DNA of 64,000 bases from Octopus bimaculoides. Its lineage: Eukaryota. The notes under the pieces were generated by a model that was given only the letters and a program-made list of their open reading frames with translations, ran no database searches and had not been told where the DNA came from. The stretch spans positions 8,201,877 through 8,265,876 of the forward strand of contig NC_068996.1 of NCBI RefSeq assembly GCF_001194135.2, written 5' to 3'. Below, in pieces: positions 51,242 to 64,000 of the stretch. The translations under genes were made by a program, and so were the position numbers. Numbering within the stretch: the stretch's first letter is position 1; each line of letters starts with the position of its first letter.

Positions 51242-53229
51242 TACATATATATGTTAATATATATATATATATATATACATATTCATGCAAATAGGAGACA
51301 TTAAATTTGACCAATGAGAAATTCTGTGTGCTTCAGTGCTTATTCATGAAATGTTTACAATACAGACACACAAAATTCTTATTCAGAGAAGTAGCAAGAT
51401 TGATGATGTGTTACACCTTAACAATATTTAAATTATTGATCTTATTCACTCTAGCATGGATCCTGAAAGCAAATTGTGTGAGTATGTGTGTGCCTGCGCG
51501 TGCGTATATGTGTGTGTACTTTTGTGACTGAAAAATAGCTGTAGAATGATAATAGTAAGTAATGTTTCATCAAGAAACCTAGTAAATTTCTGATTAATTT
51601 TAGCTGGCACATGTGTGGGTGTTTATGAAACCATATACATTTTATTTCTCTTTTGTTTACTTGTTTTACCTTTTGGTTAAATTAAATTAGATATGAAAAC
51701 TTATCTCCACCAAATATATCTTTTTTTTTTTTTTTACGTGCAATGTCAATGAAAGTAAACAGATTATCTTTAAAAGAAAAAAAAATTTAGTTTGAATTTA
51801 TAATTTGCTTATTTCAGTATTTGAATAACTACTGACTGTCACAAATATCCAAATACTAAAACCGCCTTTCTTTCTTCATTGGAAATCTGATGACTTGCTA
51901 TAATTAGCTCAGAGTAGACCAACCACGAGCAGTCAATAGTTTTACTACTTTCTCGTACTAACAAATGACATATAGAATCTACACTACCTTGCTTTGTTTA
52001 TTTATTTATTTAATAATTTTTTTTTTCATGTCTGATATGTCATTTGAATTTATATGCCATGTTGCTTCCTGCAAGAATATTCCTTACTAAGTTACTCTTG
52101 ATTTTTTTTTTTTTTTTTTCAGTTTTCTTTCTAGATCTTTTCCTTACTTTAAAATGCTCATTATTTATTTATTTATATATTTACTTACTTTTTGAATTTC
52201 ATTTGTCCCCCCCCCCTCCATCTCCGTTTCTCTCACACTTCTTTTCAAACCTAATCTATGTAGTTTCATCTTTGTTTCTAAACGATGAGTCATAACATAC
52301 CACACATTCATTGCACTTCACAAACACACAAGCACGCATGCGCATGCTGTGGTTTATGAATATTCTGCTACATAAACACTCACAAAAGCTTGAATGCAGA
52401 AATATTTTGTTACACAAACTCTCTGCTACCTGACAACTATAGCTGGTTATGTTACCAAAAGTATTGATCTGTTCTCAAGTTCAGAAGTCAAAATTTTCAT
52501 ACAGCTGATACGTATTAGTCACTTATGACTAATATAGCTTCATGCTTCTACCTCATCGAAGCAGTCTTTGTTGAATGACTCTCGTTGCAGTTAACCATAA
52601 TCAAACTTTGCCTTTTATTCCTTAGTGGTTTCAGCCTTTTTGTCTCTGGCCATGCTGCAGCACTGTTTTCAAGGGTATTAGTTGATTGTTATTTATTTAT
52701 GCTACTCACCTCTGAGGACAATGAACAATAGTCATGAGCAGTCAAAATGCCACAAATTGTTTTTGGTTTGACATGCTGAGGTGCAGTTGTTGGTGTCGCT
52801 GTGTGGTAAAGAAACCTGTTTCCCAACCAGGTGCTTTCAGGTTCAGTTGCACTGCACAGTACCCTGTGCATGTGTCTTTTACTAATGCCATGGAATGACC
52901 AAATCCTTGTGAATGTATTTGATAGTAGAAACTGAAAGAAAATCATCATATGCATATATGTGTGTGTGTTTCTTTGTCTTGGCCTCTCATGATACTTGTA
53001 AATGAGTGTCAACATCATACAAGAAAAGTCATTCATTTACAGTCTTCCTTGAAAACATGTCTGCTAATGGGGAAATGTTACTTTGCTTGGAATTAAGTAA
53101 GTGTAGGTGATATGAAAGGCATCCAGCTGTAAGAAAATCTGCCTCAGTGAATTTTATCTGATCTATGTGACCATAGAAAAGTAGATGTTTAAATAATGAT
53201 AAATATTGAGTACTGTTGTCACATACGGG

Positions 53230-53600
53230 CAGGTGCTCCTGTGGATTGTTTAACTCTGTTGGACTGCATTCAACGCTGTATCTGTAATGCTATTGATCCT
53301 GAAATATCTTCTTAATTGGATTCACCCTCTCATTGTCATTGTGTGACTTCCTTGTCTCTTTTCTATAAGTATTTTCATGGACATTGTTCAGCTGATCTCT
53401 CTTCTCTGGTTTCTCCTTTAAGAACTTATCAGCGATCAACTAGACTTGCATCCAGTTCTCATCAGTATACTTTACAGTATCAGTTTTTTCCCTCTGAACT
53501 TTGGAATTCCCTTCCACAGTTTTGTTTTCCTCTTCAATATGTCCTCTTCCAGTCTTTTAAGTCTAATGTACATCATTACCTTTTGACTTCTGTCTAGCGT
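53230..53600 (+). mobile_element. 3' fragment of a CR1/Jockey-type LINE ORF2
   Basis: DCIQR...DSPSHCHCVTSLSLFYKYFHGHCSADLSSLVSP...FFPSELWNSLP...SFKSNVHHYL matches the SLSHRR..ASLSLFY.Y.HG.CS / FFP...LWNSLP C-terminal pattern. Clade assignment is uncertain. Confidence 0.72.
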
Positions 53601-53735
53601 CCATTATCAGCTCTTATGTTTTCAGTGGTCTTAGGACTGTGTAACGAACGATTGCTTTAAAAAAAGAAATATGATAATGCTAATTATGTTGTTGATATTT
53701 GGCATTTTAAGACAATACAAATGCACATGGGCATG

Positions 53736-53790
<55 letters not shown>

Positions 53791-56700
53791 GTCATCTAAG
53801 ATTCTTTAAGTCAGGAAAAAATGCACTCATATATCTGTCAATAGAATGGATGTATTATCCAAAGTGTATGGGAGTTTATATAAACCCCCAGTGTAACTTC
53901 CCACAGACATTGTATTCCTACACACACCACATGCACACATAAAGACCCCACAAACTTAATCAACACATAAAAGAAAGAAAACACACTAACAAACACGGAT
54001 GTGTATGCCCACACACTCCTGCAATGGTTATATATATAGTACTATTACACAGATTCCATTTCCACAAAAACACCAACATTAAGGATACATGCATTTCCCA
54101 CAAACACTTCCAGAAAACTCTTACCGACTTGCAACATATCACCCCAGTGGTGATGGTTTGGTACCAAGGGACATAACTCTTAATTCAATCCCCTACTTGT
54201 TTCATTTCATCATCTCTTACACAACAACTGCAAACCGGATGTCTCTATTCACCATCAACAATAGAGAACAGTCAACATATTACATTCCCTTTTGTCTACC
54301 TCTTTTGAGTGCAGGGTTACATAATTGGATTGTTACCTAACACTCTGTTGCATCTCTAGCATGAAACTGATTGGTAAGATCAGCCATAATGGATATATTA
54401 TTCTGTACACTTTGGATAGTACACACACACACACAAACATACACGCATGCAAGCATGCATGCATGCATACATACATACATACATACATACATACATACAC
54501 ATGCATGTATGTATCTATTATGTATCTAAATCTGAAACTTCAATTTGCAACTCTGAATTTCTTGTTACCAATTCTTAAGTGATAAGAGAAGTGAAACAGA
54601 AGATCTACTTATATATAACTGTTAAATATAAGATGTATATAATCAAAAGAAAGTTTTCTGATTGGTTTGAGGTCTTTAACAGTGTTATATATTACTTGTT
54701 AAGGTTATCTCTACAGATATTCTATAGAAATTGTAGCCAGCATTGATTTTGTTACAGCATTTCATACTCAAGACAGCAAGAAGGAATTTGAAGATGAAAA
54801 ATATGGGTAATGGGTGTATATGATATATCTCATGAGATTTTGATCCTTCATCAGACCCCATTCAACACATTAATTATCCATGAACTCATTGCTTAAATAG
54901 CCACTAAATATAGTGGTGTAACGTCATTGGATATGCCAATTTTACATACAAAGCACATTCCTGGAAGCTGGTACATAAATGTCGTAATAAAATCAGCACT
55001 GGCTATAATTTCTATAGAATTTCTGTGGAGATAACCTTAGCAAGCGATGTAATAGCACTGCTAACACAATAGAACACAATATTGAGTCTTAAAAACATTT
55101 AATACACTTTGTAGTATATTATGGTTGCATAACAAAATATGGTGTCCTTACAGTCATTGGTATTATATATGGCTATATAGTGTTTGACTATTGGGCATGA
55201 GACAGATTAGAATAAAACCCATATGGAACAGTATATTCAGCTTCCTAGAAACATGAAGATTATAACCATTGTTATTTGGTGTGTAATTTTGGTGTGTTCT
55301 TACATATTCTAATGATTTTAAAGTTTCTAATATTTTTTGAACCTCAAGTATTGAGATTTAGACATTCAGGTTACATTGGAACAAAGTGTCATTCAAGAGT
55401 TCTAAAATTTACCAATGGTGATTACAACTTGGAAGTTTAAAGGATTTTTAGTCATATCGTTATAATCTTTGGGAACAGATTCAATAGATGCGGGCACTTT
55501 TGTGCAGTAAACAATGTAATTTATTTGCAAAATGGTGCTCCAGCATGACTGCAGTCAAATGACTGAAACAAATAAAAGAATAAAAGAATTTAGCATTCAT
55601 ATTATTCTGTAAAATGTAATTCTTATTCATTCACATTGTTTTAAATTCATCATGCATTATCTCATGCTGTGCGTCTACGTCAAGTAAATGTGTGAGAGAG
55701 AGGTTGCCAAATCTAGGCTTCCTCTTTAACACCAGTAAACACTCCAGTTCCGATCACTTATTAACCCTTTACAGTGATCAAATAGCACTAATATTGGAGT
55801 ATTCAAACATTCTAGACTGCATTACGCCTTTACCATTCATATTACTCTGTCAAATCTATTTCTTGTTTATTCACATTGTGTTGAATTAATCACACATTAT
55901 CTCATAGTTTTGAGATTACAATGATGTGATTCTTTATATTTAGAAGGACATTGTAGGGTAGGTGTGAGATGATGAATACAACCAGTTCCAAAATAAAGCA
56001 AGAAGAATATTTGGGCCGGATGTGGATAGTTCAAATACTAAAGGGTGAAGGGGCTATTTATGGCAGCAAAACCTGTACCAATGTGAAGGATTAACTGTGG
56101 ATTGTGGGTTATGATTTTTACTGTCAAAATAGCAAAATTTTGTGTACAACTAAAAATTTATACTTATTGACAATCATATAGCCATGGTTGTTTAGGTAAA
56201 AATAATTATCTAAGTCGATTTTTATTGGTTCTTCTTTATACATGGAGGTTAATCAATATGATTTTACATTTTTTGCTTTTCTTTGTGTATTATTATCATT
56301 ATTATTATTTAAAAAATGAACTCTGGAATTAAGTAGAATTGTGGAAAATTCATTTAACCGAAGTTTAATATACAATCCTCAATTGTTAAATTTAATATTT
56401 AATATAAAATCTAACATTCATTTATTTGCAAGCTGTTATGAATTTCTGGATAAGGTTAGTCTCGGAGGCAATGTAATATTTACATGAATAAATGTCTAGG
56501 AGTGCTATGGAACTGTTGCAGAAAAAAAAAAATGGTAAAGAATTAAGTAAGCACAAGTATAGAAGACAAATAACCTAAATCTCAAGGATTAAATAAGTTG
56601 GATTAGATCTCTTGTGACAGAATGTGCTCAACTATTGTTTTGTGGTTAAGAAGTTCGGTTTGCAATTACTTTCAGGTTTCAGGTTCAATCCTGCTGCATG

Positions 56701-57609
56701 TTAAATTGGTTATATGGCTTCTGTCATACCCTTGGGTTGATGAAAGCATTTGGATGCAAATAAGCTTATCAATTTGATTTGCACAAAATAGTTTTCAGTT
56801 TCTTCAAGTAATTCCTAATAAGCTTATTAAATACCTTATTAAGACTCTTATTACCTAATTGAAACCCTCATTATGTAACCAAAGCCCTCATTACATGACT
56901 GGTGCCCTCATTACATGACTGGCACCTTCATTACACAATTCATTACATAATTAATAATTTTATACCAATAAATAGAAACCTTGTAAAATGCCATCAGAAG
57001 AACTGTTCCTGTTTTTCAGCATTAGAATTAACATGTCATCCAGTTTAGCAGCACTACCTGGTCAGCCTTTAAAAACCTTTAGCTGAGTCCACTCAGTTAC
57101 AAGCACTTGAGCCATGTCTCCGGTCTGAGGATAACTTCTTTCCTTCCTCCTATCAGTCCTGAAGGCCATTACTGTTGATTTATGCTGTGTGAAAGGTAAA
57201 CTATAACCATAAAGATTCTCACAGTTTAGGAAGGGGTTATCATTTAATGTTTTAGATGTGGCATTTGTATTCAGGAGATTTGGTGGTAGTAGATGCTTTA
57301 GCTCTGCTAACCATAAATCTTATTAGTTTTCTCTACCGACCACTCTTTTATATTCTTTCCTAATTTGTTGCCAAGTAAATGATGCAAGAATGTTGTTATT
57401 GATTGGCTCAGGCACAGTACAGTGTTGATGACCTGGGGGACCTGAATCTGTAGCTGTTCAGTCAAAACATTCATCTTAAGTTTTGTTAGTTATAGAAGTA
57501 TGGATGTTTTGTTTCAGATGGCTCACTTCTTTGATGTCCTTCTACATTTTTGTCAAGAGATAATCCACCGTTTAAGAGACATTATGCTTTCAACACCGAT
57601 CAATCAATT

Positions 57610-57870
57610 GCTGTGGTTAGCTTTCATAAAATCCATGTTATGACCAGCTTCCATCAGATCCATATTATGACCAGTTTTCATAACATCTATGTTATCACCA
57701 TCTTCCATCAGATCCATGTTATGACCAGCTCTCATATGATCCATGTTATTAGCAGCTCTCATAAGATACACATTGTGACCAACTTCCATCATATCCTTGT
57801 TATGATCAGCTTTCATAAGATCCATTTTATGATCAGCTTTCATAAGACCCATTTTATGATCTGCTTTGAT
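57610..57870. repeat. 27-bp degenerate minisatellite, 8 full + 2 partial units, no indels
   Basis: Units start at 57637, 57664, 57691, 57718, 57745, 57772, 57799 and 57826. Consensus gttatgaccagcttycatMagatccat. Confidence 0.93.
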
Positions 57871-60545
57871 TTACTCCACACAACAGCATGTTCCCAGTTG
57901 ATGTTAGGAAATTTTTACAATTTCTTTCTAATTAAAGCTCAGTTATTCTTTCATGTTCTCAAATCTGCTGCAAGTAATGTTTTCCCAATTTATTTTCTGT
58001 GATTGATGTTAACTGTTGCACTCATCCATGAAACTGTTGCTCCAGTTATGCCTAAATACAGATAGCAACTGTATGAAATATAGTCACAGCTGCTTAACCT
58101 AATTAATACTAATCTTAATATGAAGATATTGAAAAAAAAACACGTCTAAACGACACAGTATTATAAACAAATTTCTAAAGTATGTTGACTGACCACCCAG
58201 TGTATGAATTTGTGTGTGCGTTGGTTTGATGTTCATGTTTGTTTGAAGAACCATTTTTTTTTTTTTTAAATAAATCTATGTTGATTAGATGTTAAAATTT
58301 TGACTTTTTATTATCAAAGCCATAAAGATATCTTTACAGATACGAGCGCTTCAAGCTTTGACCAAATTGTTTCCCTGTAAACTATAAGTGGCGTACAACA
58401 GTTAAGTGATTCTTCCTTCTAAGCTAGGACCGAGTGTTTATGATATTTTTTTGCATCCCTTATACATACATACATATATATTTATATATATATATATGTA
58501 TATTATTAGAGAGTATGGTGCTATGACATATTGCAGTAGCATTTTATTTTTTAACAGTGGCTTTTATACCTTCCTTCCTTTCCATTTTAGAAAGTTATCT
58601 TTAAGATTAAAAAAAAGGATTGCTATGTTCACCCTATAATCAAGAATCGTGCTCAAATATCTTCTTCTGAATGTATTGTTATTATTTTCATTGATAGTAA
58701 CCTTACTGAGCATGAACATTTGGAACTGTTATGAAATAATGTTAATTTCAAGCTTTGTTGAATATTTGAATTTTACTTTAGTTTTAGTAGCCCAACCATG
58801 AAATTCTCTGAATTGAAATGCTTGATAAGAATATGAAGCGATTAAAAAAAAAAAATGTTATTTTCCAGCTGTCTTTCTCTTCCTGTTTTCACTTCAGATG
58901 TTAAAATTTTATTGTTTTATTACAAATGATCCTTTTGAAATTCCCTCTGCCCTTTAGTATAGTTCACCCATAATCTGTAATGTAGCTGTTGCTAATGCTC
59001 TGATTGTTTTTTATGAAACCTCTTTAACTTGTTATCAGTGATTTAAAAAATATTTGTTTTGAATGCAAATAGGGTTTGAAAGCAAATTAAATGGGTGGGA
59101 TGATGCATAAAAAATAAAAACAAAATCCGTAAACCCTGTTATTAATTTTCAAATAATAAGAGGAAGACAAATGATGTGGGAATAAAGGGTGAGGTCTGCT
59201 CTGTGGATGATGAACCTTAAAATGAAGATGACAAATGACCATAGCAAATGCAAAGAGGTAGTGATAAAGCAGACCTATCGAACCCATGCCACTCTGGAAA
59301 GACCAACATAATACCAGTCATAAAGATTCATCCTAAATGAATCTGGATTTTTTTCCCCAAAAAAATTTTGCGAATGAGTTTGTGCTTTTTTTTTTATAAC
59401 AACAATTCCATGCTAGACTTAGGTAGAATGGAATTTTATGGAGAAATTGATTTAAAAAAGACAACTTTGGTATCCATTCTATACCACTCATGACTCTTTT
59501 GTTAAGAAGTGTAATTTACAATTATGAGGTTGAGAGTCCAATCTTACTGCACTGTACCATTTGGCGTCATTTACCAAAGCTTATTGTCAGTTAAACTTTG
59601 GTAGATAGACACTGTATGGTGACTTTCTGAAAGTGTGTTTTTGGATGGCGCAATTAATTTGTCACCATGGCTTTTGGGTGTCTTTAATGAAGTCCATTCT
59701 GTTGCAAACATCAGGCCATGTCTTTGGTTAAACAATTCCTCCTTTTCTTACTACAAACATGGCCCTAATAGTGCCATAGGTATTGCCTTTCCTCCACTAT
59801 GACTAAGACACAAAAATAAAAGCAAGCCATTAAGCTAAAGTATAATCGTTTGTGAAGTATTTGCTTAAATATTAATCAAACTCAGCTTTGCTAACTTTAT
59901 TATCAAAAGAGAGATGTCTTCAACATAATATGGTTATAATTTTAAGTGTGCTTAAATTGGTTTTCATCTTTATTTTCAGTATGTCTTGAAGAATATTTGA
60001 AGCATTGAAACATATCTGTTCCTCAATGCAAACACATTTATTTTCACTTTGTGGAACTGTGTGTGACTGCTCTTTGCTGACACACACCGACAGTAGTTTC
60101 CTCCGATGAGATTGGTTCATTTTTGAGCCAAGTTAGAATGGCTGTTGTGAATCTTTATTAATTGTAGATTGATACTGTCTGTCGTCTCTTTGCCTGTCTC
60201 ATAAGTACAGTGTTTATGATGTCTAATATTGTTTTCAATTAATCAGTAATTATTAGAAATATAAGGAAATTACTGACATATGCAGTGTTGAGAAAGGTGA
60301 AAAGAAATGTTTAAATTTGAAAGAAAACAGATGCAAAAGATGACGAAAGAAGCAAAAAAAAATTCTTCACCTATTGATTGTTTAAGATTGTTAAAGAGTC
60401 CACTGTTATTATTGGCATGACAGGAGAGGTTGAGAGAAGCAAGTAATTCCATCATGAATTAAATGATTGATGTTCTGATCTCTTTATCAAACAGTGGAGT
60501 TGACCCATTGTATCATGTCTCTAAGGAGACATGAATACCAGAAGA

Positions 60546-60585
<40 letters not shown>

Positions 60586-61222
60586 TATATGTACATATAT
60601 CATCATCATCATCATTGTTTAACATCCGCCTTCCATGCTAGCATGGGTTGGACGATTTGACTGAGGACTGGTGAACTGGATGGCTGCACCAGGATCCAAT
60701 CTGATCTGGCAGAGTTTCTACAGTTNNNNNNNNNNGCTAGCATGGGTTGGACGATTTGACTGAGGACTGGTGAACTGGATGGCTGCACCAGGATCCAATC
60801 TGATCTGGCAGAGTTTCTACAGTTGGATGCCCTTCCTAACGCCAACCACTCTGAGAGTGTAGTGGGTGCTTTTACGTGCCACCAGCACGAGGGCCAGTCA
60901 GGCGGTACTATACACTGTTCTACACACAAACACAGATACACATATGCACAGGCATACACACAGATACACACATGACATTCTGGTAAAGGAAAATAATGAA
61001 TCATAAATATCCCACTACCATAAACTACATACATAGAAACACTCAGACACAACATACACACATACATGTGCATGTACACACACGAGCATACACACATACA
61101 CACACTGTAGTTTTACAGGTAAGTTCATGTTTTGTTTCCTCTACAACTTGTATCTCCACAAGCAGCACAATATTCATATCAGATTAATAAACTCAAATAG
61201 AATTCATCATCAACAACAACAA

Positions 61223-61260
<38 letters not shown>

Positions 61261-61439
61261 AGGAGAAAAATACTCGCTACATAACAGGGAGTCAATAACA
61301 TCAGTAATAAAAAAAAAACTGAGATTTTACACTGATGTTATTCTGAGTTTTCTGTTACTGTTAATGTGAGAATCACATTAATAATGTTGTAAAATCTCTT
61401 TTTAACTGCTATTTGCTATTCAACAATATAAGGAATAGG

Positions 61440-62560
61440 AAGTGTACAAAAGTTCACTCAGTTTGACATTGTAGGCTTTTACCCCTCTGTATCTGACACC
61501 CTTCTCATTAGTATTTGCTAAGAACTCTGGTAAGTAAGATTCACTGAGAACTATAAACCATAGAAGAGAGGAAAATAAAGAATGTACTCAATTCAAAAAA
61601 GATTCTACTTTTTAGTTTAAAAAGTTCTACTTTTATGTCTCTCCTTTGCTCTTCGGTGCTCTACTTTTATGCAAAAGATCCTACTTTTATGTAAAAAAAA
61701 AATAATCTGACACAAAAGATGTTTTGATATTAGCATGGATACAGAAAAGTCAGTGTAGAACTATGTGACCTTATTGAATTATACATTTTTGACTCATTAA
61801 GAAATTCACATCCAGAGACTTCAATTCATACATAGATGACAGGTTAGTTATATCTAGAAACATGAATGGACACACGTTAGATAAGCTTAGGAAAGACCTA
61901 ATACAGGTTTTGAACTAACCATCTTAACACACATGTGTAGATTTCTTAGACGTCTCTCTAAACTTAGCCACCAGCTTTTATAAGAGACTAACTTACACAA
62001 AGAATCTTGCCACCTTTAAAAAATATCTAGTGAATAGTATTAGTTGTACATTCACTCTTTCATCAAATAAGAAAATATCTAATAATACAGCACCCTACTA
62101 TATAACACAGCCAATTTCAAAGAGAAGCTCATGTTCGTAAGCACCATGCAACAACAATGAACAAACTTTGAGTTAGATAGTGAAGCAACTTTTAAGCATT
62201 TGTAGATAAACACTTCCTCACAAACTGCTATTACATAAAAATCTTTAGCAGACATAATTTCATAACTGGTTACAGCTCAACCACCAACATGATAAAACAG
62301 AAGCCAGACAAATTACAATGCCGCAGGCAACTTCAGAAACCCTACTATATGCACACTAAACATGTCTGGCAATGCATAGGCAATAGCACATAAAGCTAAA
62401 GTCATCTCCACTGGATCTAATTCCAGTATTGAAAACGAAAAAAAATAAAAAAAAGTATTTAGGCATGACGGTCTGCAAATCAAAGTCCTGATATCTGAAC
62501 ACTCTGCTATGTTCAGGCATCATGGTCATTCATCAGAATGGCTACAATCATCTAGTCATC
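61440..62560 (+). mobile_element. Highly decayed Penelope-like element (RT + GIY-YIG remnants)
   Basis: FTQFDIVGFYPSV (61453), YIDDRL (61829), VDFLDVSLNLAT (61937), SSNKKI.NN.APYY, VDKHF, and KYLGMT...NH-like GIY-YIG remnant near 62450-62520, in the expected PLE order. Confidence 0.72.
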
Positions 62561-64000
62561 GTGGGTGAAGGGTGACTGATTACTTGTACTGTGATGTTTA
62601 AAGTAAAAAAAATTGCTCACTGTCCACCTCATTCTTTTGTCAAGGACCATCTTCAATCCAGTGGCAAGGCCAGTGAAGACATCTGGGGACGGAGATGGAT
62701 GCAGTGGATGACCAAGGTGTCTTGCTTGCTTCATCTTGATATCTTCACTCCTCTGTGCGTTGCCACAGCCACCTTTCTCTCCGATGGACCATGTAGGATT
62801 CAGTCTTCGTATGCAGAGGTAGCAAGCCCTGACCTACCAAATGTTACATAATCATTGGCTACTCTTACGTCGTTTAACCTGCCAATCAAAGTGGGTGGTT
62901 CACTGGGGTGTGGCTGCTGTTGTATGCACACAATTACTTGGAGCTACATGTGGGAATTGGGTGTCAGATGTGGACCAAAGCAGACGAACCATCACTGAGT
63001 GTGTGATATGTTTCTACCATCAAACCTTTCTGATATGCCATATACCCCTGTTGAGGCATACTGAAAAGAAGAAACTACAAAACTATTAAATCAGATAGGT
63101 GGATGGAAAGTTTTGCATGCAAGTTTGTTTCTCATTTGGTTTTCTACCTGGTTTATGAAAACAGGACTAAATTAAAGGACAACTACACAGAGTCAACATA
63201 ATACCTTGTAAAATCTAGACTATATAAGAATGAAACCAAACAATGTGGACATCTACTCAGCTGAGAAGAGACTTGTCCTCTCGTATACCTGTACTTCTAC
63301 AATGTATCTAATTTTGAGCTCAGAAGTTATTAACAAATATAAATGCTTTAAGATGCAATGTCTATGATACTTAATCCTTTTGTTACCATATTTTTTTATC
63401 ATAATGCATCCTCTTTATTTCATTTAATGTTGGAAATAATGAATAATTTAGTAGAATAACTTTACTGTTATGAAGCTGATGTTTAGGAAATAAGTTAGTA
63501 TGAAATTTTAAAGGCAAAGTTAAATCTAAATCACTTTAAATCAGGAACCAAGGGTGGTCACGGGAGGACTGGTAGCAAAAGGATTGAACTCACTACCACT
63601 AGAAACAACATGCCATGCCACATAAAGAACTCGTGGAGATACTTCTCAGTTAAACTTTTATACCTGGACCCCACAGAATTCTTTGTTTTCTATTTTTTTT
63701 TTAGAATATAAACTGACTCTTATCCAGCCCCAAATATTCTATCAGTTTTGAGTTTAAAATGGCTAGATTTGGGCTCTCTAACTTATCCTAAAAATAAACA
63801 TTCACATCAACAAAATCTTGAAGCTATGAGATAATACATAATTAATTCAAGACAATATGAATAAATAAGCATTACATTTGACAGAGTAATCTGAGTTTTT
63901 AAAGGTTAAATTGATTTTTTGCATCTTTCCACTCCATAAACCATTACTCTCTTTACTACATTACCTTATTCTTTACTCTTTTGTCATTTCTTTCACCATG

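Noticed and set aside
56860-56950. Short ~20-bp tandem repeat (gccctcattacatgactgg) x2-4
   Set aside because: An ordinary small slippage duplication with no further structure.

Overview
AT-rich, repeat-dense eukaryotic DNA with many microsatellites and assembly gaps. The repeat families and a C2H2 zinc-finger remnant point to an octopus (inference from recalled families, not a database result). The only confidently identifiable host gene is STIM (stromal interaction molecule, ER Ca2+ sensor) on the + strand. Two internal coding exons are visible: 16048-16162 (hidden EF-hand) and 39897-40008 (N-terminal part of the SAM domain), separated by a 23,734-bp GT-AG intron. I found neither the preceding exon nor the following one, so the rest of the window is probably STIM intron. 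The introns carry a decayed C2H2-ZNF gene, a 5'-truncated R4/Dong-type (RLE) LINE, a 5'-truncated RTE LINE with an expanded 66-bp VNTR, a fragmented Gypsy LTR element interrupted by a LINE ORF1, Penelope, mariner, Helitron/Helentron and probable piggyBac remnants, several MITE families and dozens of tRNA-derived SINEs. The most unusual observations are two independent insertions of one SINE family at the same position of another SINE family, a frame-preserving 27-bp repeat encoding MDLMxAGHN, and a zinc-finger pseudogene ending immediately upstream of a STIM splice acceptor. SINE family letters A/B/C are my own working labels. Boundaries marked ~ are approximate. Most ORF-track entries are microsatellite or N-gap artefacts.
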